A DNA stretch of 64,000 nucleotides from Bugula neritina (lineage: Eukaryota; Animalia; Bryozoa). Both the position numbers and the translations under genes were made by a program. The stretch spans positions 13,887,133 through 13,951,132 of the forward strand of contig OZ037771.1 of assembly GCA_964035545.1 (NCBI GenBank), given 5' to 3'. Shown here piece after piece: positions 39,301 to 52,200 of the stretch. The notes under the pieces were generated by a model. It was not told the DNA's origin, searched no databases, and saw only the letters and a program-made list of their open reading frames with translations. Within the stretch, counting starts at the first letter, position 1. Each line of letters starts with the position of its first letter.

Positions 39301-42300
39301 TGATTCCATTGGTAAAATAGCTAGTGGAGTTACCTCCCTTTGTGTAGCAGTTGAAGGTGGAGCTTCTCTGCGTTGATAAACAGTTTTGATGAATTAGCTA
39401 CTCAGTGACTCAGTGAAGCAGATTGCAATAAATTCAGTTCAACTCAAACGAAATTTTCAGCAAAAAGGGAATCTTGAACAAAAAACCATAAAAAATAAAA
39501 TAGAACTATAATTGGGCTGTTAGTTTTGACTTGAATACTGCAAATAGCTTGTGGTCCACTCACATTTGGTGCTGAGATATTACAGGGGGCGTGTCCTTGG
39601 GGCGGTTCAATACGGCCCTCACACCTGACTCTTTTTCATAACTTATTTCAGCAGACGCAAAGTCGGCCAATGAAATCACATCTTTTATTTGAAGAGTCTT
39701 TTTGGTAGACATTGATGATGAGGGTCTAAATAAGATAAGACAACTTCAAGTATAAAATTACATCCACACAACAATATGAGCATGTACCAAATTTTATTAA
39801 CTACTCGACTGTTTGGATTCATGTGACAACATAGCATCGACTACAGTCAGAGACTCAGAGTACAAAATGATATCCACTCAGAAAGCTTCTTTCATATTGA
39901 CTAGACTAGTATCAATTATTACATAAACAAGCCAATCAGAGAGCAGATACTAAAGTTAAAACCTGGTTTAACTAGATTTAGCTTAAATTATGCTCTAGGA
40001 GTCACTTTATGCTAAATGTGTGTGTGAAGGAGTTCTAAGTTCATGTACATTGTAGAATACACAGAGCAATTCATTGTGGCTATAAACACTGTAGTTATAT
40101 TCACAATCCTTGTGAGAACTTCTAATCAAAAATATTGTTGATATTAGACCAGCTCCAACATTGCTTCAGAGTTCAGGCTTTCTAATAACATTACATTTGA
40201 TTTTATTTTGATAAAACAAGGGAAGGCAAATGCTGAGACTAAATAGAACATGGCTACTTTTCTTAGCAAATTTTTGCTGCTCAGATAAATAAACAAGTAA
40301 ACAACCGCCAACTCTGATACTTTGTCACTTGCTAAATAGAAATAGTAAACAAAACAAATATAAACAATATAGTATCATATCAGTTGATGTGACATCATAA
40401 TATAAAAGCCTGAGTTCTAAAAACTTGCCTGCTTTGAGTCGCGGGGATACTGGATTTTGGACGGGGTTTAACATCTTTCCTCGGCTGTAGAGAAGTGAAT
40501 TTCTTGACGCTGTTTGGGCGATACGCGTCGGCCATGTTGAAGAACTGCTCCGTAGACTGTTCCCTCAGACTCCGCCCTCTTTCCGCAGAACTCAGTCTGG
40601 AGATCGGGCGACCTTCTACCGAAAGTCAAAGGTCGTGTCAATAGAAAACTATTTTCAGTCAAAGTAATATAGTTCAGATATTATTTGTTGTAACAGATTA
40701 GTTTAGCACAAAACCTTCACGGCCCTACATTTTGGTTGAAGTAAAACAAGCTGTTACTTCATCAAATTAAGAGCAATTGGCAATGTAACGACGTTTATTT
40801 ACAAATGCTCAAATAGTATCAAATAACATGGTAATTAACCCAAGAGACATGATGACTTTTGAAATTGACTAAAGATATTGAATGTATTAAATTTCACGCC
40901 TCGAAAAAATTTGTATAAACTTAGTTTACATTTTTTATTATATAATCAACAGCAATGAGTTAAATTAAGAAACTCTCCAAGTGGCTGGTTTAAGCTTATA
41001 GCAAATCAGTTGAATCATCTTGTTAGACATGAAAGTTTTGGGGATGAAAAACACAGACATTACATAACTGATGCTGAAGTAATTTTCTTATCATGTTTTT
41101 GAAGTTTTTAATTGATTGGCAATTTTTTTTCCTTTTATGAGACTATGAAATGAACTAAATTAACTACCACATCTCAACATCTATAAAAAAATTTTTAAAG
41201 AGAAGGCATAAAGCTCATTATATTATATACTAGCTGTAGTGAAAGCATGTTAAACGGCAAAGAGACGGTTAGCATTTAGAATGTTGAAGGAGGCGTGGCC
41301 GAGAAATCCACACAACACAAACCTTCAGTCTCATTGATGATAGCATTAACTATATGAGGAGTAAACAACTCCGGGTAGAGGTCAGACGGATGTCCTTGAA
41401 CTTTGTTCACTTCTCGTTGTATTTGCTCGATATAATCATTGACAACAGGAGTAAACGGGCGACCAGCTATCACAAAACATGAGGTACAACATGTATAGCA
41501 AAGCTTTGAAATAGACGACTAATCAAAACTTCTAACACAACTCTAGAGCCAATGGAAATCATTATAACAATGCATATAGTGAACAGATTCAAATGATAAA
41601 TATAAATAAATTTAGCTACAATAACTTCAAGTCTAGAAATATACAAAACGAACAAACGGCACTTCAGTCAAAAGTATTTAGCCAGAAACATACCATAAAA
41701 TGCCTACACAAAACACAATTAAGCACACTGCAGTTTCGTAACTAAACACAATTAAACACCAGACTGGGAGTTGGTTTCCTTACTGGGATTATTTTGTTGT
41801 GAAGTTGTGTGCTCTATCTGATTGGAACTTAGCACAGTGTCAATATAAGTATCATCATCTACGAGGTTGTAGTAGGGGGTGCTCTTGTCAGCTAGAGAGT
41901 GGACCATGTCTAGAGATTTCTGGTGTTCGGGGTCGTCCGCAACCCCCGACCCTTCATTCTGTAAGAATTAACATATCCAAGGCTATTATAGATTTAGTTG
42001 AGGGAAGAGGAATTCCTTTCACGTAAAAATTTACTGAAAAACTAACTTAATTTTTACAAAGTTGAACTATAAGCTAATCAGAAACACAGCTCACAAAGTA
42101 GCACCAGCAGAGCCCTATAAAAACCTTCCCAGCATAAACCATGAGCTGGAAAGACTGAGTCAGTTAGGAAGATGGTCAGACAGAATACGCTTTCGAACAG
42201 AAACTACAAAGACAATACAGCAACAACCATGAATAACCCAGATGTCTATAACAAAAGAGTGAGTAGATGTAAGGATGAGTAAGGAATGCATTTAGTAGAG

Positions 42301-45300
42301 CAGATGAGTCATAACAGAGAAGTGATCACATGACTTGCAGACGTCACTAGTGAAAGAAGTCAAATAGCAGCAGAAGAGAGGCATAATCAACTGCAGACGA
42401 CACTAGTGGAAAGAGAACTGTACAGAGACAAACTGAATTCTAGTAAATACGATCACCTTCTAGCTATAGAAACGTGTATAGGTGAGCAAATCTAATTATA
42501 TACATGTATTGTGGGTACATGGAAAAGGATATTTACCTGCTTTTCTAATCATATGTATATCTAAGTAGAATTTTTAAATAAAACAATATTGCATATTTTA
42601 AACGTACGTGTGTGCCTCACAGATGCATGTGTATGTCTATATGTATGTCGCAGGTATGTGTGTATATGTCACAGGTATATGTGTATACATCACAGGTATG
42701 TGTGTATATGTCACAGGTATATGTGATGTCACAGGTACATGTAATATAGAAAGAAGGGCAGGTATGGGAGGATAACTAATAAATACATATTTGTGGAACT
42801 GTACAGGCGAGACAAACTGAGAAGAGGGAGTTACCTTCTCACACTGGGATGATGTTTTACAGTCAATGAACCTGGCAATGTGGTAAAATTACTGTTTAAT
42901 TATAAAACTACATAATATAATATAATAATGCAACATAATATAATATAATGAAACATAATATTAGTTACAAATGAAAGCCACTTTTATCTGGTTACGAGAA
43001 TACTATACAATTTGAAAGTACCTGACTTTCAACGTCTGCTTCTTCATCTACCACTAGTGTACTCCCTGTATCCACCCCTTGTGTGCTTCTTGTATCCACC
43101 ACTTGTGTGCTTCCCGTATCCACCTCCCTCCACGTCACTGATTTGGGGCGAGACGGTAGATTTTCCAAGTCCTGAGATGTCTTCCGCTAAACAGAGAGGC
43201 AATAAAGTATGGCAGCCGTTTCCTGCCTAGTGTTTCTTCACAAATGTCTCCATATAATACCAAACTTATCGCTATTTGATGTAAAAATGATGCGATTTGA
43301 TAGTCACAGCATTCACACAATCAATAACTTAACTCTAATTCCGTATAGTATTACGTAACACGCCAACATACTGAGCTAGAATAGTGCACATCAGATCAGC
43401 TACCTAACTAATAAGATGTAGCATGGATTACTGACTGATACAAGAAGGTTTGAGAATTGCTTACTTTGTTATATACAGCTGGACCACAGTCTAGAAGTTT
43501 AAATACATAAATTTCAAAAAACCAAAACCTTTAAACCTGAAGTTGTACATTCATACATCATATATCATAAAATTTATTTTCCTGATGCAACTATTAATAG
43601 TTCATTGTTAGGTAAAAACTCAAATTCGTTTTAGGGCGCTTTCGGATTCCTTATGGCACAGGAACAATTACAGGAATAATTATGACTGAAAACCCTTCCT
43701 AACATCACTAAAAGCTTTTACTGGGTTTCGAACCCCTGACCTCGTGTTTACCAAGCCAACGCTGTAGCCACTGCACCACTGCTGCTCTGTCCACATTTCA
43801 CTGTTTTATTTCACTGATATAATGCTTTATATACAAGTTTTAAGTAGCAAAGCACCTTTGAGAAAATACTTTATTATTTTAGGTACACACAAAGCGTTAC
43901 CTAGAAGTAGCAAACTTAGCAATATACTCACAGTTGCAGCGTTACTTGATGTAGACCCTTTGATAGTGTCTGTGCTCACAATGCTAGTCTTCTAAGAAAA
44001 AAGCAAGAAATAATAAAATTACTCTACGTATGAATATATTATTAAAAAAGCAATAAAATGTTATTAAAAAGATATATTGTATAAATAAACACATTGTGTT
44101 AAAAACAGTATTTAACAGTCACTAGTAACAACGTAATACATGTGAGCATCTGTAGACATGTAGACAGTATCTGTAGACACGTAGACAGTATCTCTAGACA
44201 TGTAGACAGTAACTGTAGACATGTAGACAGTATCTGTGGACACATAGACAGTATCTGTAGACACATAGACAGTATCTCTAGACATGTAGACAGTAACTGT
44301 AGACATGTAGACAGTATCTGTAGACATGTTGACAGTATCTGTAGACATGTAGACAGTATCTGTAGACATGTAGACAGTATCTATAGAATATACAACGAAT
44401 GGTTACCCGAGTGGATACGGACGACTGAGCTCTCTCCGGTTGTCTAGTAGAACCAGTTTTCTCAGGAAGATGTGAAGACTGAGTTTTTTCAGCATGTCCC
44501 TTCCCTACATTAGTTGAAACTAGAACTGAGGCTGACTTCTTAGCAGACGACCTTGAAGGCGTAGATGACCTTGAAGGTGCAGACGAACCTCTGAATGCTG
44601 GTTGCTATGGTGATAATATATACAAATGACAATTAATCAAGTGCAACAACAGGATGACAGTAATAAAATGCTGCAACAGACACATGAAAATAAAAGCAAA
44701 GAACTTGTCAGTTAAGCTAAAACACTTGACAAAATGTCGAAGCGTTAGTTTTTAATAACAATTATTTAAAAGCAAACAATATTTTTTCATTATTTCAACA
44801 ATTTTAAAAAAGCTAAAGTTACTTTGACTTCTCAACAAACAGATATCAACAGCAATTATGTCTCCACAATATATACACATGCATGGATATATTAATGTTT
44901 ACATAACAATATAGTTTAAGAATTTAAACAGTCTGTTACACAATAACTCAGCTATAAGGTTGTGCACAAAACACTTGTAGCAAGAGTAAATATTGGCAAA
45001 CATACATTGTTTGAGCCTATTTGCATACATGTGCGCTGGCTATGCAATCAATCTTGCAAGTATCAATATCTGATAACTAATCATTGAACACTGATTGATT
45101 AGTCAAAGACAAACAAAGAGTTTGAGAGTCAATTGTAATGTAAACTCTTAAGGTATAAGCAGAGCTGGGAATTAGCACTAGGCTTGCAACTTACTTGGCG
45201 TTGGATTAGTATGCGAGGTTTTAATTACATTTTAAATGTTCACACAGTTTAAAACAATCAATGGTTGAAATGTAGAAACCGTTGTAAGTTTAAAACTCAA

Positions 45301-47550
45301 AGCAACATTTGATGTGCCAAAAAAACCCTAAGTAATTAAATATTTTGATTCATTTTAGTAATGAATAACTTCATCAGAAATTTTGTCTTCTATTTGAAAA
45401 TTTACTGAAACTGATGATTTTGAGAAAAAAACTTGAGTACTACACCCAAGATGAAAAGATCACTCTTTTGTTTTGTCTATTACTTGAAGAAACAGTGATA
45501 AACATATAGATGCTAATTTTGTAATTAAAAAGTTTAATTTTTGGAAAAGTTACAAACCTCAGCAAAGTGTAGTTTGTGTAGGTTTGAAGTGTACCATTTG
45601 TGAACTCGCTTTATATTGGAGGATTGTTGCTTGGCATTCCGAGACCTGCAAAAAAGTAAAGCAAGTTTTAACTGACCGAGTGAGATAATTCCAGCCAATC
45701 AAAGTACTTGTAATATCATATACTTCTTATATTGTTTGTTGCTCTACCACCCTTCAAAACTTCTTATTTATATTTTCTATAAGCCAATCAGATCTTTTAA
45801 TAAAACTTACTGTCCAATCAGATCTTTTAATAATACTTACTGTCCAATCAGATCTTACAATAATACTTACTGTCCAATCAGATCTTACAATAATACTTAC
45901 TGTCCAATCGCTTGAGTTATTAGCTTCGTCAAAATGCAGAAGAACTTTGAATCATGTAAAACCTTTTTCCTATTAAATGATAATAAAAATGTTTTGTATT
46001 CCTCAGTTCTAAATAGAAGCCTCTGTTACCCACAACATCTGCCAGGAATGATAATTTGAGTTTAAATAAATAATAAATATAAACTTATATTTATCTATGG
46101 TTACAGTTACTGAGTTAGAAAATTAAGCCACTGAAATTATTAAATACAATGATTAAATACATCTCCCACCTCATTGGCAAATTATGCAAAACAAAAACAT
46201 TGACTAGATGCATTTTCTAAGATAACCAACATCCTAGAGTACTAAACATCTTGCTCCAATAGCATTTTCTACACACTTAACTATGGCTACCTTATTTTTC
46301 CCAAAACAATACCCTAGAGGCCTAGAAGAAAATTTAACTCAATCTAAAAATTTTTATCTAACAAATCTTAAATTTCTATTTTATAAAATCAAATCAACTA
46401 GTGTTCATAAAATTAAAATCATATTACATAATACTTATATAATTATACATTAATTATAGCACCTTATGCTTATATACTTACACATAATCCTGGGCCTTTC
46501 CCTGCAGCTTGATAGTTCTTACTTGTACGTATTGTCTTTGTAACGCCTCGTACATTTCATTTACTGGATTTGCAAACTCAAGCTAAAATAATTCAGGTAT
46601 ATAAAATAAGCACTCTTTTTATTGAGTATTTGTTGTTGACAAGATTTGCAGGGTCAAAATATTTGTAATACTAATGTTGATCAAATAAATTAATATGAAT
46701 ACTAAATGGTATTTGAAAATTCATGCTTACATATAATAAAATTTGTGCAAAAGTATGTTTAGACTATTAAAACTAAACTTCAAACTTGAAATATTAAACT
46801 TTTATTTAGTGATGAGAGAAGTTACTAACAGAGGCAGTCAGTTGCGTAATTAGTTTTTTAATGAACACATTTGCTATTAGTATTAGCAAGTATAATTTTA
46901 TTTAAGGAGTATTTATCTATTTTTAGCTTAAAATGAGCTTTTAACTTAATTTTTTAAATTACTAGCTGCTAAAACATCAAGTACAACAAACTGTCAATTG
47001 CTAATTTTATGATTAAACTTCAAAAAGCGATTAAAGAGTTTAAGATCAGTAAATGGTTACAATCATTGTGAGAGTTATCAACTTTGTACCTAAAACTAAA
47101 AGATAGTAAATAACATAGAGTCATTGTTCAATCACCTTGTTCATCATATGACTTTTCATTTATATCTGAGGGTTAAATTAAGTTTAAGGTAAGCTCTACA
47201 AATTACGACATAATGTCTAGAGTCTGGAAAAAATAGTCATACAGCCCAGCAGTATTTTATAGAGTAATTAAATACGTATTTTAAAACTATAAAAGTTCGA
47301 GTATTACAAAATCAAAATGAGAATGACTATTATTATTAATATAAGTGTGATTATGATACTATGAGTATGATTTCATCAGTATAAACATCAAATTATTATT
47401 AATATAAATATAAATAAATATTGTTATTAATTGAGTAATAATATCATTTATTTATTTATTTATTTATCAGATTTAGTAGTTCACCTTAGCTTGTTTGATG
47501 ACGTTCAATCCTTCTTCTAACTCATTTCTTTCAGTAACTAAAGATCCCAT
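30353..47550 (-). CDS. Large uncharacterised multi-exon protein: S/P/R/T-rich region, IQ motifs, C-terminal EF-hand-like helical domain
   Basis: Phase-compatible exons from MGSLVTERNELEEG (47550) via 46582, 45969, 45646 and on; RPFTP, RPSS and RPKTAP motifs; IQ motifs AAVSIQKIFRGYVSRK and SAIRIQR|SWRQHRNR (~33300-33720); EIVQFFRECDLMPANHEIEHAIDLVF (~31550-31640); stop at 30353. That all exons belong to one gene is inferred. Confidence 0.75.
33331..33482 (-). repeat. 30-nt minisatellite beside an acceptor, containing CCAG|GT copies
   Basis: Unit GAAGAGGTAACCTGGAGCAAATATGTTACA; the used acceptor is TTTTCCAG|GTCC at ~33333. Confidence 0.8.
34660..34940. repeat. TATAGA-rich low-complexity repeat
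   Basis: Directly visible; begins at a minus-strand donor (~34943). Confidence 0.85.
35227..35442 (+). mobile_element. tRNA(Thr)-derived SINE, copy B (best preserved), embedded in an AGAATATAC repeat
   Basis: A box TGGTCTAGGGG, B box GGTTCGAACCC, shared body and tail. Confidence 0.9.
35443..35600. repeat. 9-nt repeat AGAATATA(C/T)
   Basis: Also present at 35199-35226 on the other side of the SINE. Confidence 0.9.
35814..35949. repeat. 20-nt minisatellite AACACTAGTAACCACAATGC
   Basis: ~6.5 copies. Confidence 0.92.
42645..42742. repeat. Degenerate ~20-nt TGTCACAGGTATGTG repeat
   Basis: Five CAGGTA copies. Confidence 0.75.
43655..43788 (-). mobile_element. tRNA-derived SINE, copy C (3'-truncated)
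   Basis: GGTTCGAAACCC B box and GTGATGTTAGGAAGGG body on the minus strand. Confidence 0.8.
44148..44386. repeat. 21-nt minisatellite TCTGTAGACATGTAGACAGTA
   Basis: ~11 copies close to a minus-strand donor (~44407). Confidence 0.95.
45784..45909 (-). repeat. 30-nt minisatellite containing exon end + CA|GTAAGT donor (4 copies)
   Basis: Unit TGTCCAATCAGATCTTACAATAATACTTAC; the rightmost copy is the used donor (ATT GGA CA|gtaagt). Confidence 0.9.
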
Positions 47551-47691
47551 ATTCAAAACTAATATGTCTATAACTTGTAGTTAACTATAATTTAAGACAT
47601 GAAATAAAAAATACATATTTATTCATTTTATGTTTACAAATATCTCCAAAAAGACCACTGAGTGTCAACTAGCCATGCTGAGCACTGTATA

Positions 47692-47701
47692 ATCACGTGA
47701 C
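47692..47701. promoter_or_regulatory. CLEAR-like ATCACGTGAC in the putative bidirectional promoter of the IQ gene and UVRAG
   Basis: 9/10 match to GTCACGTGAC between divergent genes. Confidence 0.4.
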
Positions 47702-49272
47702 TTTAGCTTACTTGCCAACGGATACAGAAGTATTATAATTTTAACGAGTCAGTTTTTAGCTTTTCTTGTGGGAGTGACAAGCCATTGTGATTATTAGTTT
47801 AACAGCTACTTTTATTCACAGTAATAATAGTAAAACCAATATTAATATATATATAGCAATACTTGTACTGGCCAGGAATACATTTAGCTTTACACATGAA
47901 GCAGGTTCTATTTGAAAATTAAAATGAAAAATAAATTATTCAAACAGTATTTTTGCATTCCATTAATAATAATTAATCCATGATGAAGATCATTTCAATT
48001 TCATAGTTTTAGTTTATCACTTTGACTTTAACTTTGAGTTTATTACTAGTATTACACTTTACACTGTAAATTAAAGTGTCAGACTTAGTCAGTAGACATT
48101 TAGTGAGTGTAGTCTGCAGTCGTAGGCGTAGTATGACTATAAGTGTTACAGTTAAACTTAAAGTGAAAGTTGAGCTTAAAGTTAAAATTAATGTTATACT
48201 TATTTTAATCGTAATATGAGCCTAAGGCGATTATCATCATGAAATGTATTGAATTTGGGTACGTGGGTACTTTTAGTTGTAAATAAATATTAGTGAAGAG
48301 GAACGAGTAAGGTGGTAATGAATTAGCCATTACTATTAGTATTAGAAAGGATTAGCTGGCTTGATAGTGTAGAATAGCTTCAATGTTATAGAATTTTCAA
48401 GTAATTATCATTAGACTTAGTATCTTTAAACAGTAGGTTTCATGATTTAGTTCAGCATCTTGAGACTGAGTCCCATAGTTTCTCATAAACCTATAGCAAT
48501 GGTAATAGTACTGTTACTTCATTATTAGTACTGGTAGAAAATGGAAACGCATAATACTATAGCACTTATAGTTATAGTTCTTTACAAGTCGTAATCATAA
48601 TTATAATAGTCTAGTTAAACTTAATATTCATAAAATTACATGGTCATATTGAATTTGATGTTGATATGAAAAGTATAACAATTACAAAATAAGCACATTT
48701 ATATTATTCCAATATTTAAGATCATTTAAAATTATTGCAGTGAATATTCACATTGAAAATAACTATTAAGTTTTAAATAAGTTCATTCACTTTCATTTTG
48801 GTACTGCAGCAAGTATTATTAGAGCTTCTATTTCCATTTTATGACTTTAGTTAATTTTATTTATTGGTAGTTTAATATATATGATTATACCAATGGTATC
48901 ATTAGTAGTAGTGGTCTACAATTACTATCATAGTATAGGTATAGTTTTGGCAATAATATGGATAAGGTAATAGTGCTCTTGCTAATAATAGTGATAACTA
49001 AAAAGTGATTTTGAGTATTATTCTTGATAAAATTAGAAATCAGTATTAATGGTTTAATTAGGGATATAATATTATAAAATTAAAATAATTTTGCATTGAC
49101 ATTGGGCTTGTTTTTGCTACTAATAATTATTATTGCTACCTGCATTTCTAATTTCATCTCATTCTTATTACTATACTGTATATTTTTTATCTATAATAGG
49201 CATAATAATTCAGTCATATATGTAACTAAACATATTTAATACATTCTATTTTTATCAACAGATAGTAAAGAA

Positions 49273-52200
49273 ATGGAAAATAGTAATAAAACACAGAATA
49301 AGTTGAAACTGTCAACCTACAGTGTAAGTATATATAGTATAATGTATATAGGGCCTAATATACTCAAATTGTTTACATTGTCATTACACCCATGGTTAGA
49401 GTTTCAGTCTAAATCATTTTGTATGCAATTAAATCATTTGTACTAAGTTTAGCTAACAATATTGAAATTAAAAAAGGTGTTTGTTAAAATGAATGAATTT
49501 TTCCAACTCGTTGCCTATCCATGATATTTACTGTTCTGTTTTCTTCAATTAAATGTTAACTATATTGGAATAACAAATTTAGTTTTTATAACTGAGTACA
49601 AGAGTGTAATAAAATGTTTGTCTTTGATACAGCCACGAGTTCGACATTTAACTTCACTTTCTGTTAAGAATTTGTCATACAAATGCGCTGATGTCACCAG
49701 CTATTTTACACTTCACAAAGACTTCAAATCTGTAGGTAAGATTGCCAATTCTTTTGTCATTTTGATTTTATGTTATAATATATTTATTTTGTAATAAATA
49801 TCTGGCAATAATAAGATTTGTGCTAGCATGTGATTTAATTATTTATTTTTAAAATGTATAGCTTTTTCTATTGATAACAACTATGTTCAAGTTTGCTGTG
49901 AAATTTTCATTTGCTTATCAATTATTTTGGAAATGCAATACTCAGTCACTGTTCACCAATTATTTTTATTTTTAGAATTTTATAAAAGTGAACAACTTAG
50001 TGGATCTGTAAACTTTTCCTGGAATGCATTCAACCTCACCTATCTGCCCAGTTACTACACGTCTTCCAGTCAAGTCTGTATTCGTGTCTGGGTGACAGAA
50101 GGCACCTCTGACCCTAAAGTTCATCTCGAGTATGAAATTGACTTGAAACTTCTCCACATTCTAGAACCTTCAACTAATTCAGTAAGTCGAGACATTTACT
50201 GTAGCCTCGAGGTCTTCTGCCAACTTCAGTTTAGTGTTTGTTCACTTTGCATATCACGGCACCTCTACTTAAAACTATACTTTTGTTGCAAAATGTTCTA
50301 CTATTGTTTAGTAATCTTATATTATGTATATAAATTTTAACCAGTATTTTAACTCTTGCCCATCAAAGTATGCTGAGTTTTCAAAGGGAAAAATTCTAGT
50401 TTCACTTGATGCTTTTACTAACTGAAAAGAATTTTTGTCTAGAACTCAATTCTTCAGCACTGTATGTTGTGTGATAACTTAATTCTAACACATGGATAGT
50501 TTAATTCTATGATTATGTTCTACAAACTTTATAACCTGTTTCATAATTACATATTATTACACTTCATCATAATAATTAACCTATCACATTATTTATATCA
50601 TATAAGTTGTATTTTGTTACTGTATTGTTGCTATAATTACCATTAGTTATATATCTCCATGTTTTGTTACTAGTTGCTGTATACTGCTAACTTTAGATAC
50701 CAGAGAATGGGGAGATGCATGATCACATGACCTTGACAATGTTTAGTACTCCGTTTGTGATGCCCAATTCACTCAGTCTGACTAAGAAAGAGTTTCTATA
50801 TTTAGATACAAACCAGCCTCTGAAGATATCCTATTCTCCTAACCTACTAGCTCGGTAGGTGACTTACTCTACTGTGAGTGACTATTAGTCACTGGGAATA
50901 ACTAATAAAGACTAACAGTGACTGAGAGTTATTACCTGCTTGCTTGCTTAGTGACTTGCTTTACTGTGAATGACTACTAGTAACTGTGAGTTATTAGTAG
51001 TCACTGTGAGTGTCTAGTAGTCGCTGTGAATGATACATATTTGAGTGAGATAAGGGTTACATCTATTGTGGTCTTTAGATTCCATCACAGTTACTGTAAG
51101 CTAACAATTATTCATCTTCAGAAAGCAAAAGATGATGTTAGATTGCGTGTATTCTCTTCATCTGGTGGTCCATTATATTATAGTAATAGATGTTGTTAGG
51201 AATGAATGGTTTGTAGCAGTCGAAAATGTGTCAAAAGGTTCGAGTTTTGCAAGTAATTTGCTTTATAGAAAGTCACCCAAGGTGTATAGGAATTTAAACA
51301 CATCTGTTTTAACATGATTATAATAAGACACACTTGTGTATTCGACGGATGTTGGTAGATTTGCTATTACTTTATGACATGCAGACTACAGACATTATTA
51401 CGAGCATTGAAGCAGACAGAAAGATCTATAGAGAGAGTGAGAGAGGACATTACTAAGCATTTAACAGATATTCAATCCGTCACAGAAAAGGTAAGAGCTG
51501 TATAAATGTTCAGCCTATCATAGAGAAGGTAAGAAATGTTCAGCCTATCATAGAGAGGGTAAGAAATGTTTAGCCTATCATAAAGAGGGTAAGAAATGTT
51601 CAGCCTGTAGCAGCAGCCATGGATATATGTTACGCCTCTGGTTAACATATTAGTGTTTGGGAGTTTGGTCATCAAAACGTTTGAATATAGATATTAAATA
51701 AATATGACGTTGTTGAATTTTTATATAGCAATGGGAAAATATGTGTATTTTATTTTTATGATCTAATATAGAGCAGCTATAGTCTAAGGGTTGTGGGTTC
51801 TATTCCCAGTAAAGGCCATTGGTAATGTTAGGAAAAGCATCCAGTCATAATTGCTCCTCTGCCCCATCTGAATAAGTCCTTAGCCCGATTTAACAAAAAC
51901 CCTTGTTACCAGGGTTTTTTACAGGGATGGTGACTATGAACTTGAGTTTTTAATGGCAAAAAGTATGAAATTTAATCCTCAACTAGCAATTCAACTAGTA
52001 CTCTATTTAGTTGTGTTAGTCGGCAATAAATGTAGCCTGTGAACAAACCGTTTCTAGAAAGAGCAAGTTGAGCTGCATAAACTCAGACTAGAGAATGTAC
52101 ACCACCGGCACGACTACAGGAAACAGGTGTTCTTGCAGAAGAAGTCCAAACTCTATAGCAAACGTGCCGAGTCGGAAAAGAAAGGTATGTTGACCAGTTG

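Noticed and set aside
44112-44447. Repeat ORFs, and an ATCTGTAGACA core shared with the 2570-2790 array
   Set aside because: Minisatellite translations; the 11-nt shared core is too short to claim common origin.
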